Below are positions 1-13,200 of a stretch of DNA of 64,000 bases, piece after piece; the stretch's first letter is position 1; every line of letters starts with the position of its first letter. The notes under the pieces were generated by a model. It was not told the origin of the DNA, did not search any database, and was given only the letters and a program-made list of their open reading frames with translations. The DNA is from Eledone cirrhosa (Eukaryota). Position numbers and translations under genes: made by a program. The stretch is from contig OZ024746.1 of NCBI GenBank assembly GCA_964016885.1, positions 14,074,001 to 14,138,000 on the forward strand, read 5' to 3'.

Positions 1-1002
1 AAGTGGGCCGAGTGCAAACTGTCCCTGAAAGGTCGGGCGGAGGTGGCGAACTTCATCTACTACCGCCTGACCGTTGTGCCTTGCCCAAGGGAAACGCTCG
101 CCAAAACGGAGCGCGCACTCTTCCAATTCCTTTGGAAGAAGCGGGCTCCTATGGTGAGGAGATCCATCTGCTGAACTGGCCAACCTGTTTGTTAGGACAT
201 TTAGCCCGGGACCCATGGATAACTTCTAGAGGTCCCTGGCCTGGTAGTGCTACCGAGGGGCTCTGCCCGTTCGAGAAAAGTTCTACAGACACGGGCGCCC
301 GGGTAGGGACCCCTCGAAAAAGATCTGTCCCAGATGCGTGTGCGACGAGGAAACCGTTGCACACGCATTGGTACACTGCTCGGGCATTGCCGATCTGTGG
401 GGCTATGTCGAACAACTGCTGTCAAGGGTGGGACCGATCCGGTTGACCACCGAGTCTATTGTAACGATCAAGCCGCCTCCCCTCTTCAAAAACGAAGGAG
501 AGGCGGTGTTTCTGTGCGTAATAGCCATGGCGAAAGAGGTATGGTGGACGCATCTGAAAGGACTGAGGTCTGACACCATTCTTTCTGGCCAACAACTGGT
601 CCGTTTCTTCCGATATCATTTCGGAAGAAGGATCAGGATGGAGAGAGAGGTGCTGCACCTCAGCCGTTGTTATGAAAGATGGGTGAAAGTGGCGAGAATG
701 GCCCGTGTGAATGGGCCTTCACTCTACATCAGACTATAGGTGAGAAAGATGAAAAATCAAGGGCGCACGCCCTCTCTGTGCTCCCGAGGAGAAGGGTTGC
801 ACATTTTTTTTCGGGAGTGTGTGCGACCCCCCAAGGCGCCTCCTCCCTATTGAGGATTTTGTTATAAAATTTATTTTGTTATATTTTATTTTATTTTTAT
901 ATCTTGTTATTGCCTCCTCCTTATTGAGGACGCCTTTTCATGTAAACTCCCCCCATTGTACTTGTCCCAATTTTTGATGCCCTGGTGGCAAATAAAACGA
1001 AA

Positions 1003-1004
<2 letters not shown>
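1..1004 (+). mobile_element. 3' part of an L1/Tx1-clade LINE (degenerate ORF2 C-terminus with zf-RVT-like motif, plus 3' UTR)
   Basis: Frame 1 reads KWAECKLSLKGRAEVANFIYYRLTVVPCP, typical of the post-RT region. After frameshifts and stops it reads CPRCVCDEETVAHALVHC (CxxC..H..C knuckle), with a stop at 737-739. The UTR ends in AATAAA followed by (CTAT)n. Homologous copies lie at 28749, 50052 and 51540. Confidence 0.85.

Positions 1005-1005
<1 letters not shown>

Positions 1006-1093
<88 letters not shown>
1006..1093 (+). repeat. (CTAT)n microsatellite at the LINE 3' end
   Basis: Perfect tetranucleotide run read directly. Confidence 0.95.
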
Positions 1094-1193
1094 GTACTAA
1101 GGAAGCAATCGAGGTTTCAGTTCAATATGTTTTATTCGTAATCACGCGTAACACATGTTTCGCAAATAATCAGCTCTAAGTCTTAACCAGTTA

Positions 1194-1386
<193 letters not shown>

Positions 1387-1806
1387 CGATCTTACCCAAA
1401 TGAAACGTTATAACGTGGTGTGACTAAGAAAGTAAGGTTGCCTGCATACTGAGATGAAGCTGACTATATATACATACAGAGAGATATACACATATACACA
1501 CATTATATATAATATATATATTTCGTTTCTGAATTTGTTTAGCAAGATTCTTTATCTGAAAACGTGTGTTGAAACCGATGTTGTTATACTTTGGGAGGGT
1601 CATGTTGTCAATAAGAAACACACGCACCAGTTGATTTCACTCCAATTTATTATAAATTAAATTTATAAATTTAAGAAATTTGTAAATTTCCGGTTGGTTG
1701 GTTGGTTCCACAACCGGACGGTTGTTCATATATCGTCAAAGTTCTTTCGTCACACATTCTGTGACCTCTTCAATGACTGGGGATTCTTAAACTAAATATT
1801 AAGATA

Positions 1807-2256
1807 GTGGAAAGACCAGGTACCTCCATAAAAACACTTATTAGCAATACACACCCTTTTCAAAGACCTCCCTCTATAGATAAGAAATGCATAATCTGTA
1901 AACTAAGACCCCATATTAATTGCAAAACTAGAAACATAGTATATAGCATAAGATGTACTGAAGGACAATGTAAAGATAAGAACATATTGTACATAGGTGA
2001 AACAGTTTGTAGTATAGGAGAACGATTAAATGAACACTGGCGAGAGCTTCAAGATAGAAAAGAATCATCAGTACTCCACCAACATGCTAAAATAGAAAAC
2101 AAAGGCAAATTAGAGAACATAGAAATAAAAAGAAAATCTACACACAGAAAAGACGCAATGTTTAGACAAATCACAGAGGCAATAAACATAAATGAACTCC
2201 AACCAAAATTAAATAGAAAACATGAATGGAATAGCAACATCACAACTTACAATTAA
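1807..2256 (+). pseudogene. GIY-YIG endonuclease domain (C-terminus of a PLE ORF, 5'-truncated)
   Basis: CKTRNIVYSIRC...LYIGET...ERLNEH...TEAINI..LQPKLN carries the VY/YIG, Arg, His, Glu and Asn pattern of PLE GIY-YIG domains. No RT is present upstream. Confidence 0.88.
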
Positions 2257-2458
2257 CACAAAATGAAAACACACATAGAACAAACAACCAACTACTAACA
2301 TGTAAATAAACAAACAAATAAACAAATAAATAAACAAATAAAAACACACACAGACACCCGGATGTAAACACGCGCAAACTAAGCACACAACACACACAAA
2401 AACAAGATGGCGTAGGACAGAACAAAGGAGAGGCACAAAACAAAGAAAATAATCCCCA

Positions 2459-2501
2459 GTCACTGAAGAGGTCACAGAATGTGTGACGAAAAAACTTTGA
2501 C
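2459..2501 (+). ncRNA. Minimal type I hammerhead-like motif in the family A pLTR
   Basis: GUCA-CUGAAGAG-GUCACA(GAAUG)UGUGAC-GAAA-AAACUU-UGAC: stem I GUCA/UGAC, 6-bp stem II, vestigial stem III. The inverted arm has UUGAAGA and GAAAGAACUU. Confidence 0.6.
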
Positions 2502-2654
2502 ATTATATGAACAACCGTCCGGTTGTGGAACCAACCAACCAACCGGAAATTTACAAATTTCTTAAATTTATAAATTTAATTTATAATAAATTGGAGTGAA
2601 AGCAACTGGTGCGTGTGTTTCTTATTGGCAACATGACCCTCCCAAAGTATAACA

Positions 2655-2686
<32 letters not shown>

Positions 2687-2729
2687 GTTCAGCTGTCATA
2701 GTGCAGCTGCAGCTTCGGTTATACTCATT

Positions 2730-2822
<93 letters not shown>

Positions 2823-2980
2823 GTGTGTGTGTATATAATATAGAAGAAGAATAACAAAAATAGAACGCAAGACTTATTAGTTTAACCTGTAACTCACAGA
2901 ATATACACCTGAACTGTTGACCTCTCAACATGAGTGCAACTCAATCAAGCGTAAAAGGACACTCATCGACAAACCTACAT

Positions 2981-3411
2981 TTGGCGCGAAACCAGTTCGC
3001 GCTAAAATCAATTTAAACATTCACGTGACTTCTACCGACCAATCAAAATTGTTTTGATTACAAGGATTTTTGCAACACGAATTGGCGCGAAATTTACGGT
3101 GCTTATTCACGTGACATTCAACAACCAACCAAATCTTAATACCTCCCAAGCCACTTTTTTCACATAAAACAGGAAGAATTTCCAAAACTGATCAGATTAG
3201 AGCAAAAATCACGAGCACTCTATCTCAAAATTATTTTTGAAAAGCATAAGAAATGCGCAACCGTTAAAAACTTAAAATAAAACTGAATACTAACTAATAC
3301 TTATTACTAATTTATATTTATTCCTAATTAAACTATTTTTCACTGGGAAAAATTTGTCACCATTTTCTTTTCCTTTTTACTAATATATCACAACTCGTGT
3401 GTCACACCTCC
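2981..3411 (+). mobile_element. Unclassified dispersed repeat (copy 1)
   Basis: Colinear with 35781-36149 (shared CTACCGACCAATCAAAATTGTTTTGA and CACTCTATCTCAAAATTATTTTTGAAAAGCAT). Ends in a GTGTG-T-CACAC hairpin. Confidence 0.7.
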
Positions 3412-4032
3412 ATTTATATATATATATGTATGTATATGTATATATGTGTGTTTGTATGTGTGCGTTTGTGCGTATGTATGTGCACTCACCATAGATACAC
3501 AGACACTCACGTATGTACGTATTCTTTCTTTATTAGTTTATATATAAGCCAGTGTGTTTGTGTGTTTGAGCATTTGTGTGTATAAAGGATAAATCGACAA
3601 ATGAGTTCAAAAGATTGAACATAATTCATACATACACTACGGCGACACTTTTTAACGTTTAGATTAACTGAAACGAAAATATTTTTTTTCCGTACAGAAA
3701 CAAACCAATCAGATAAATGGCAGCTGAATTTAAGCGGAAAATAATACAAAATCAAGTTGAATATGAATGTTTTGACAGTTTGACTTGGATAAAAGATGGA
3801 AAGAGAAGCAGAAAAAAATATTAAGAGTATCCAAAGCGGAAGGTTTCTTTCAAATTCGTCAGAATTTAGTTTATAAAATTTCCTTCTTTGCAAATCATGA
3901 AACATAAAAAAATATAAATCTACACGCGAAAATGATTAGTTTAATAGATATTTATTTGATAAATGTATATTATTACATGGAAAGTTTAAATATATTTTTT
4001 CTTCAGAATTGTTCCCCTTGAGAATAATATCT

Positions 4033-4197
<165 letters not shown>

Positions 4198-4913
4198 AAA
4201 TCAATCATTTTATGAGATATTCTATTCTTAAACAGAATTTATCATTTCTCAAGTATTTCTTTTGAGAATTTTCGAAGAGTAACCTTTGTAGATCCCGTGG
4301 ATTACATATTCTGATATTGTCTAAAAATAAAAATAAAAATTAAAAAAAACAAAAAACAAACAAACAAAAAACAAACAAACAAAACAAAACAAAAAAAAAT
4401 AGAAACAAAACGAAAACAAACAAACAAACAAAAAAGACAACAACAACTATATGCACGTCAAAAATATTTTATTGAAATTGTTTTCAAGTTCCAGGAAGAA
4501 ATAACTCAGAATATTTTTATCAAAAGAAATGCAGAAACCTCTCTCTGAAGAATAAGTCACCTGTTGTGATAGATGTCTTATCTACAACTATGAAATATTT
4601 ATTCTAAAATTATGAATTAGATATAAGAAAATATTTTCGTATTAATTGACATAAAATATTGATTAGTAATCTATGAAGAATATAACTATAGCAAAGATAC
4701 TATTTTATTCAATTAATATCGGGAACATACTATTATGTTGAAATATTATGTCGGGTGACATAAAAATATAGCTGCAACTAACTTACTTGATTCCCAATTG
4801 AGTCTAATAAAGCATCGTGAAAAAAAAAAACATGCACATTACAATTCTCTGGTCTACAACCCGAAGCTGTTAAATTATTCTCATGCACCTGTATGGGTCA
4901 ATATTAAGTTTAT

Positions 4914-5136
4914 GGACAGTGGATTGGCAGTGTCGGTAGAGGGTCGGACGCCATGCTTTGCAGCATAGAGTTACGGCTCTTTATGATCTGAGTTCAAATC
5001 CCGCCGAGGTTAACTTCGCCTTTCATCCTTACGGGATCGATAAAATAAAGTACCAGTCACGCACTGGGGTCAATTTAATCGACTCTCCCCCCCCCCTCCC
5101 CACAAAAATTGTTGGCCTTGTGCCTATATAAGAAAC
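4914..5136 (+). mobile_element. tRNA-derived SINE with Nin/Deu-like domain (long variant)
   Basis: B box GAGTTCAAATCC and core GCCTTTCATCCTTACGGGATCGATAAAATAAAGTACCAG. Direct repeat CAATATTAAGTTTATGG at 4899-4915 and 5137-5153 (TSD). Confidence 0.85.
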
Positions 5137-5422
5137 CAATATTAAGTTTATGGTGCGAACATTCTACGGCTTGGCTTTATCACGAGCTCGAACGATCCAC
5201 CGTTCTCCAGTCTCCGGGATCCAGGAATATATGAAGATAGGGAAAATGTCTCGTTCAGTTTATTCTTCAGAGACAAGAATACTTTGGATGCATTCTAGAA
5301 ATAAATGCATTACAGATGTGGTGAAGAAATGGAACATATTTTTACGATCTACTGTAGCACAATAGTTGCTGCATGGTTCCAGATTATGGAGTATCAAATG
5401 GATGAGTAACATTACATTACAA

Positions 5423-5613
5423 ATAACTGTTTCTACTTTAGGCACAAGGCCAGCAAATACCAAGTACATTACTGGTACTTTATTTTATCGACCCCGTAAG
5501 GATGAAAGGCAAAATTAATCTCGGCGGGATTTGAACTCAGAATAGCAAGGGCCGTAACTCTATGCGTCAAAGCATGGCGTCTAACCCTCTACCGATAGTG
5601 CCAATTCACCAAC
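5423..5613 (-). mobile_element. Same SINE family
   Basis: Reverse complement of the consensus seen at 7022 and 45478. Confidence 0.85.
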
Positions 5614-5849
5614 ATTCATCCATAAGCAATTATCTGTAATATTAAGTGAACCGCTAGGCGACATCACAAATCTCCTGCAGTGTGTGTTATGAATGTACAA
5701 CATATGAACTAATAATTAAATGTCATTTGATCATTTTGGCTCTATAAGGCATCAGTCTCTTGAGTTTTGGGAGTGAAGAACTAAGAGTTTACATCGTCAG
5801 TATCTGTTAAAATGAATGGAAGTGAAGTAAAAACAGCTGGTAACTGAAT

Positions 5850-6057
5850 TCAGGTCTCTGGTATATTACAAAGCCAGAAGATTTGAGAGGTCAAAATTGA
5901 TTATACTAATCCAAGTACTTGGTTGATACTTCATTTTATTGACTCCGGAAGAATGAAAGGCGAAGTTAATCATTTGAATTCAGAATCTAAAGAACCTGAA
6001 CGTATACCGCAATGCTATTTTATTCGACGCTCTATCAATTCTGTCAATCCACCACCC
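5850..6057 (-). mobile_element. Old degenerate copy of the SINE family
   Basis: TTTTATTGACTCCGGAAGAATGAAAGGCGAAGTTAA and CAATCCACCACCC match the diverged reverse consensus. Confidence 0.6.
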
Positions 6058-7021
6058 TTACCATGATATTACCTCAGCTTTTGCTCCATTCCAACTGACA
6101 ATGATATTCTATTTCGTATCAATACAGTAGAATGTAAACGCATATTGAAACCGATTTCTGCTATTAACGCTAGGGATAGCAACTATAGTACTGTGTTGAT
6201 AAGAAAACTGAAATAAACAAAATGACATAGCTTTCATTTGAAATAGAATAATGTTTATATAAATTGTATATACTACCTGATTAGATGCTTTGAAATCGAA
6301 AGAAAGCACGCAGTTTATGAAACAAATGTTCAGAGTTCTCGATTTGCTTTTTTAAAAAAGAGATTTTAAAATAAAAGTAATGAAATAGATAGTGAAATAT
6401 TTTTAAAAATAAATATATGCTATTATATCATACAATCTTGACAGGTGGGCGATGACAATTTAAAACTAATACTCAAAGATTCAGCTTAACGGATTAACAT
6501 ATACTGGAAAACATAAAACGCTGAGCCTAAGTTTCAATTATTTGAAAACTAGAAAAAAAGGATAAAATGGAGCAACGTGGGAGTATTTTAAAATTAAAAT
6601 TAAAAAAATTACATTTTCGCACGTTTAATTCATATTTTATATGATATCATTATGTTTTAAGCGAAATTAAAGTAGATTGCCATATATATACCATTCTTTC
6701 TACTGAAATCTTAGACTCTCTATACTGACCCAGATTACAAAAGTATCGAGTGCGTTTTGTTACCATTAACTCTACAGTAGATTTTCACACCCGTCATAGA
6801 AAATAAGGGTAATGTGTTTTGTTTGTTTTAATCGAATTTTCTCTGTAAATTGTTTTAAATACAAAACCGTGCTTGGCATTTGAGTTTTCACTGAAGACAA
6901 CTATATTTCTTTATTAGCAACAGTTAAAACATGGAACATTAATAACTACGAAAAATAAATACTCATCTTAATGCTGTGAAAAATTGGAGCTGATATACGT
7001 CTTTATTATTATTAGTTTTAA

Positions 7022-7205
7022 GGCGGTGGATTGGCAGTATCGGTAGAGGGTCGGACGCTATGCTTTTCAGCATAGTTACGTCCCTTTACGGACTGAGTTC
7101 AAATCCCGCCGAGGTTAACTTTGCCTTTCATCCTTACGGGGTCGATAAAATAAAGTACCAGTAATGCATTGGGTAATTGCTGGTCTTGTGCCAAAAGTAG
7201 AAGCA
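7022..7205 (+). mobile_element. Same SINE family, full length
   Basis: GGCGGTGGATTGGCAGT...GAGTTCAAATCC...AAAGTAGAAGCA. TSD ATTATTATTAGTTTT at 7005-7019 and 7206-7220. Confidence 0.9.
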
Positions 7206-7313
7206 ATTATTATTAGTTTTTATTCAATAGAAGAAAAAAGTATCTTTATCTTTATTGCCATTACTTGGTTTAATCAAGTGAAATGTTTGGTTCCATATCG
7301 TAACCGATAATTA

Positions 7314-8575
7314 CACCGTGTAACATATTTTTTGTTCCCCGGTTCTAAGTGTCATTTCATGGTTTGTTATATCCTATTATTATACAAAAAACACTATTAT
7401 TTAATCAGAATTTTGGGTTTGTGGTCAGGAGTTTGATATTTCGAAATTTTCATATTTTTCAAGAAAAAACACATTTTTTTAAAAATTTATCAGTTCATAT
7501 AATTAAATCAACAGAGTATATATTTATTTTATTACACAAGCTTATCAAAAGCAAACATGTAAAAACAAATAACACTTATAAAGCAACTTATACACGTCAG
7601 AAATGACTGGATTTCCTGGATTTGCGGTTGTAGTCCAAGTCGCATTCCCTCACTAGCCCCCAGATATAGTCCCCCATAATCTTTTCATTGTAGTGGCCCT
7701 GGTACCTCCACTCTATTTCTTTCACATCTTGGTGGAACCGTCCGCCTTGTTCTTCTGAGTAGGCACCCATATTGTCCTTGAAATGTTCCAGGTGAACGTC
7801 CAGGATATGGCGTTTAAGCGACATCCTGCATCCCATGTCGCCAAAAGCCTTTATCAGATCCTGCACCAGTTGCTGGTAGTTTTCAGCTCTGTAGTTGCCC
7901 AGGAAGCCCTTAACAACTGCCTTGAAACAGTTCCATTCTGTTCTCTCAATCCTATTAAGCTTATTGGAGAACTCGGTAGACTCAAACACCTTCTTTATCT
8001 GAGGTCCAACAAAAATTCCACCTTTGATTTTGGCCTCAGATAACTTGGGGAAGAACTCAAGAAGGTACTTAAAAGCGGCTGATTCTTGGTTGAGAGCCTT
8101 CAAAAGCTGCTTCATCAACCCCAACTTAATGTGCAGTGGCGGTATGAGCACAATCCTGGGATCAACCAGTGGCTCCCACATGACGTTCCGGGTCCCAACT
8201 ACAAATTCTGTTCGCTGCTCCCAGTTCTTTTGTAGTGGTCAGAGGTGGCATATTAAACTTACATACAACGTAAAATCCAGCATACAAATAATTCCAGTGA
8301 ATAGCTTAGAACTTTTACAAACCCAAACTTTTAACTGTTTAATAGCACTTTATTAAGTTTAGCGTTTACACGGTCGCGTAAAGGCCTTGAACTAGCACCA
8401 GGAGGCGGAGGACTGCGGGCATACGAATATGTGGAGTGTGGCCTGCTCAGACACGTACATGGTTCATATAAAAACATGTAATTATCTTCCATATTATTTC
8501 ATGATTCATGTGATATAACTGTAACATGTTTTAACGTTTTTATGTAATATAAGTAAAATAAACTTCAACATGGTG
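7314..8575 (-). mobile_element. Internally deleted Chapaev3-like (CMC) DNA transposon
   Basis: Contains a transposase C-terminus. The left end CACCGTGTAACA is preceded by TTA. A candidate right end ACATGGTG lies at 8568-8575. The family assignment is from recalled motifs, and the right boundary is uncertain. Confidence 0.55.
7597..8236 (-). pseudogene. Transposase C-terminal fragment
   Basis: EPLVDP..VLIPPLHIKLGLMKQ..KAL, AKIKGGIFVGPQI, GCRMSLK.H.L..HL..F..N.GA.SEEQG.RFHQD and MGDYIW match a widespread metazoan transposase family. The N-terminus is missing. Confidence 0.8.
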
Positions 8576-10104
8576 TTTTTAAAGTGAAACAAAGTCACAA
8601 ATGTCTAGCGTTGTTCGCAATCAGTTCCAAGATTTTTATGATTTTGGATGGGTGACATTGTCTCATTTACCGCTGAAAGCTGACAACAAACCGGGATTGT
8701 TTACATTGTTGACTGGTGAACTATTATGTTATATTTCTGTGCACCTCCTTTGTATCAGTAAATATTCCATGCTTTCTGTTTATCTCTTGAATATCATGAT
8801 CAAATTGCTTTATGTTAATCTTATTTTAAGTCGTTATTCTCACTATCAAGTCATGGAGTCACGTTTTGAAATCATTAATCTCATTTTGAATTGGAAAGGT
8901 CTCACTTTGAAATTATATGTACTCACTTAGAATGACAAATACTCTGTTATGTATCAAAAATAGTATTCAAATACAATCGACATTATCGATTTGATTGCAG
9001 CAATTGCTATCATGAGTGTCCTTAATAACTATTCCGTTCGGGATTAACTGTTCTATTTAATCTAAGATTATTGACGTCTGAGTATTTGATAAGATGTCTG
9101 CCTATCAACCAAGTGTCGTAACCTTCTGTCCAGTAAAATGATAATCTATTTCTCAGAAACGTATGAAATATATGAAAATCAATGGATGGAAGTTATTTTG
9201 CAATGATTCTTAACGACTATATACGTCATTAATATGAAATGAACTAGTAAATTGAACCGACCACTCTATGTTACTAACTGGAACTCACCTGATACAGTTA
9301 CTTAGTCCGCTGTCAAACCTGTTTCAGCTCTCGGCCTTCAAGAGGAATGCCTGTCATTTTGACGTAAAAAAGGATATAGAGTAAATTTATTTACACCAAC
9401 ACCTTACTGTCAGTTGTTTTTACCAAATCGGAGACCCTACTACACATTAACGCAAGAGAAAGAATTAGGAGAAAAGTAAAAGAGAGTCACATACTTTTCA
9501 CTTGAGAAACTTCATGGAACTAAAACCATGAAAACAAATTCAGATACGTATAAAATATATCATATCTTTTTTAAATCAATAATTTTCATATGATCCTAGT
9601 TTCAAAACTTGGAAAATTTAAAATTAAAATTTATAGTTAGACAAAAATATAGACAATAACAAATGAGAACAATGATATCACAATAAAAACTAAAAATATA
9701 TAGACAAAGCCGAATACAGTATTAGTGATGCTTTAGATTAAAGCTGAAAACTCGAACTAAATGTTAATACGAAACACCAATATATTATCTATATCAGTTA
9801 TAGTTTTAATATTATAAATTTGAAAATAAATTAGTGGATGAGGCTACACTGATATATAAAACAATGACATTTAAATACCAGATTATCAAGTTATATTTAC
9901 CAATGACAGAAGCTAAAAAAGAAAAAAATAGAAAAATATATAATGCTATGGCTTCATGCTTATAAAATTGAACAATGGCCGAGAAAGTAAAGTTTTGTAT
10001 ATTCAATTTCTATTTACTTTCAGTGATTCGCTTCAATGTGTTAGAACCTCTTTGTTTTATCTTCACATATAGTTAGAAGACAAATAGGGATATTATGATA
10101 TAAT

Positions 10105-10288
10105 TGTTTCTACTTTAGGCACAAGGCCAGCAACTACCCAGTACATTACTGGTACTTTATTTTATCGACCCCGTAAGGATGAAAGGCAAAGTTAACCTCG
10201 GCGGGATTTGAACTCAGACTGTAAAGGGACGTAACTATGCTAGAAAGCATGGCGTCCAACCCTCTACCGATACTGCCAATTCACCGCC
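10105..10288 (-). mobile_element. Same SINE family, full length
   Basis: Reverse consensus. Direct repeat GATATTATGATATAAT at 10089-10104 and 10297-10312. Confidence 0.9.
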
Positions 10289-13200
10289 CTTCTTGTGATA
10301 TTATGATATAATGACCAGAGAAAATAAGCTTAAAATGTCCTTTCATAAATGGTAAGAATTTGCTGGTAAATAGAATTCGAAAAAGTTTTATGATAGATAG
10401 TATCATTTACAGAGAATATTAAACATTTCCTCAAATAACATAGGTCCATAGAACTAAGGCTTAGCTAAGATTTTGAATGTTAATCAGAAGGTATTTATAT
10501 TTTCTATTAGAAGGAAACTCTTTAGGCACAACTCTTAGAAAATAATATTATACCAAAAATACTTTTAAATTAAATATTCTATTTCAATGACAAGATAAGA
10601 AGCATTTCGCCACCTCCAATTTTCGAGGAATTTCGAAAGAAGTGTCGAGCAGCCTGTCCATCAAATTATCCAGCTCATTAACAAGTTTACTGTAAGTTAA
10701 AGACAGAGGATTTTTATGAACTTTGTTTAACTATGCAATAAACCATTTCTTTGTTGAAACGAAGACTCATTAATATTTGATCATATGAATTAGTTTTGAT
10801 CCATATTGGCCTCCATAGAATACCATAAATTCCCTATAACAAAACACTTTGTGTATTTCCAGCGGTGTAGAACGAGAAAGCTGCGAATGTGAACACCTAC
10901 ACATTCCCATCTGTGAATACATTGTTTAATATTATTTCACCAGATGTAGGATGTTTTTATTTTTATTGATGGTATTAATAATTAAGGCCTAACATCAAGA
11001 ATAAACAAAGTTGAATATTTACTTTGCTGTTATTTTAATATTATTTCCTGTTATGATTTAGAATTTTCTTTGGTAAAGGGCTTTGATAACGTCGTTCAGA
11101 AGTAACTGTCGATAAATAGATTGCATTCCCTGTAACAAACGTATTACTGATATAATTTGGCAACGTCAGAACAGTATTAAAAGAAAAAGAAAGAAAAGAC
11201 TTATATCTAGTTACAATGCATTATATATTCTATTCCACATAGACTGCAAATTAGTTGGTCTATACAAGAGCAATGTGTGAGGCGAAGTGAAAGTCGCTTT
11301 GAATTGGCTTTGCTCATTTGTTTGGTACTAAGATGTCAAGTGGTGCAGGGATATGGTGAAATGTACAAGCTACAAAATGTAACCCAGCTGATATATCATA
11401 TGTTAGTAACATGTGGAAAAAGGCAAGGGTGTTGTAAAAGTAGATCGTCGTTGATATGTTTGTATAATAGTGGCAGTCTGTAAATGAAAGTTGGTTTCTT
11501 GGTAACATTTTCACTTGACTGACACGTGAAATAGGAGAAATGATGTCTGTATTTCTCAGTGTTGTTTAGGTGATATTCTAACCCGGCCTTAATTATATAT
11601 TGTACTTTTCTTATTGAGATTGAAATGGTCAGATAATCTTGTATTCCACACAAGGCCGATTATCAGTATGTTAGTAAAATATAACCATAACATATTCTTG
11701 TAGTTGTGTAATCTCAGATCAACTCTAATTGTGCTTTAAATATGGCACCACTCTAATCAGTGATACAACTGAAAGCAATCCACATATCCATAACACTGAA
11801 TATCATAACTCGAGGACTATCTGCACATTCTGATAGTATGTAGGGTAATGTTGGAGATTGGTGCTGTCATACTCTTTCTATTGCAGCTCCCCTTTCTTTC
11901 TAGGCGACAGTGTTGCGTAATGGAAGAATATTTAGCTGCTGTTTCTACCGGGCTGGGTGATTCCATAGATATTCATATAACGGAAGCGGGTTAGATGAAC
12001 TTAGTCGGAATGTGACAACTTTTGCTTTTACTTCTCTTTATTTATTATTGGTGTTATACACCCCAGGACACTGCTGCAAATATTGATGTGGCTGTTATTT
12101 ATATATGTGTTTTTCTTCGTCTGTCTGAAATGAATAGGAGAGACAGCGTTCTTTCAATGATGTTGCAATGCGTTCTGGGTGGTTGCAAATGTAGTTGTTT
12201 CTGTGCGTTTATTTTGCACTGTTATTATAGTTTACTGTAATAACAACCTCGGCCTTCCATGTGTCTTGACGGCTTTTATTTTTAGTATTTTTCTTTTGTT
12301 GCTTGGTAGTCTGCCATAATGCATAATACTATGTTGTATGTTACTTGTAGTTTAAAATTTTTAGGTAGCACTGACATAATCTATGGTAAATCGGGTAAAT
12401 TGTTTAAACTCCTGTTTTGTTGTTTCGTGTAGTTTCTTTTGAGTATTTTTGTGTGCCGTGTTGCTTTCTTTAGAATATCTTCAATATATTCTGTGAGTGT
12501 TTATATTTCAGATATTTTTGTGGTTATTGTTTACCTGCTTCGAGTCATTAGATTAATGCCACATTCGAGGACTTTATTTTATTAGTTTCCTTTTGTTTAA
12601 CCACTAAGTTACGGGACATAAATAACAAACGGACTACTTTGCAACTAAACAGCGGCGAGTGGAGTAGTTCGATACTCTCTTCGTCGACCAGACCCATTTG
12701 TTTCACGATGTGTGTGCCAGCTTAAAAATGGCCCTGTGATTTGGCCTCGCATGATAAATAAATTGTCAGTGTTGGGTGTTTTCAAAACGATGCTTTTTTA
12801 AATGACATCATTAAAAGGAGCCTCAATGCTTCTGATTTACCGTAATGACTGGAGCAAGTCGGTGTCGACAGCAACAGTGTTAGGTACCCAGATGGGAAAA
12901 CGAGCTGTGACACATTCTCTTGTGCCACGCTACGGCCATAAACCCGGACGCTATCACCTACAATGCTGGCAAATGGAAAAAAGATGGTATGGTTGATGCA
13001 GCGAATATCACCCTCTGGTTTTCATAGTAACGGAGGTATACTGTTCAGCCGAGGGAGTAGAATTCACCATTTAAGCTGTTTTGTCTTTTTCTTATGTTTG
13101 TTTGTGCGGTTTATATTTAAAACACTGACAGTAGTTCACTTTTAAAAGTCAGTTTTGGGTTCATTCAATTTATTTATTCATCAGTCTTTAACGTACCCAT

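Larger units (their letters stand above)
1521..2655 (+). mobile_element. 5'-truncated Penelope-like element (family A): tail + inverted pLTR, GIY-YIG fragment, 3' pLTR
   Basis: 205-bp inverted repeats at 1581-1785 and 2451-2655 flank a GIY-YIG ORF fragment. A ~60-bp extension (1521-1580) is present on the left arm only. TA runs lie on both sides. Confidence 0.9.

Noticed and set aside
5150-5410. Short ORFs between two SINEs as a possible exon
   Set aside because: No recognisable domain or convincing splice context.
7022-7110. tRNA gene suggested by A/B boxes
   Set aside because: It is a SINE head: no cloverleaf, it continues into the SINE body, and it has a TSD.
11500-13080. Possible decayed LINE/SINE pieces or host exons
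   Set aside because: Only vague similarity, with no sustained frame or motif I could support.
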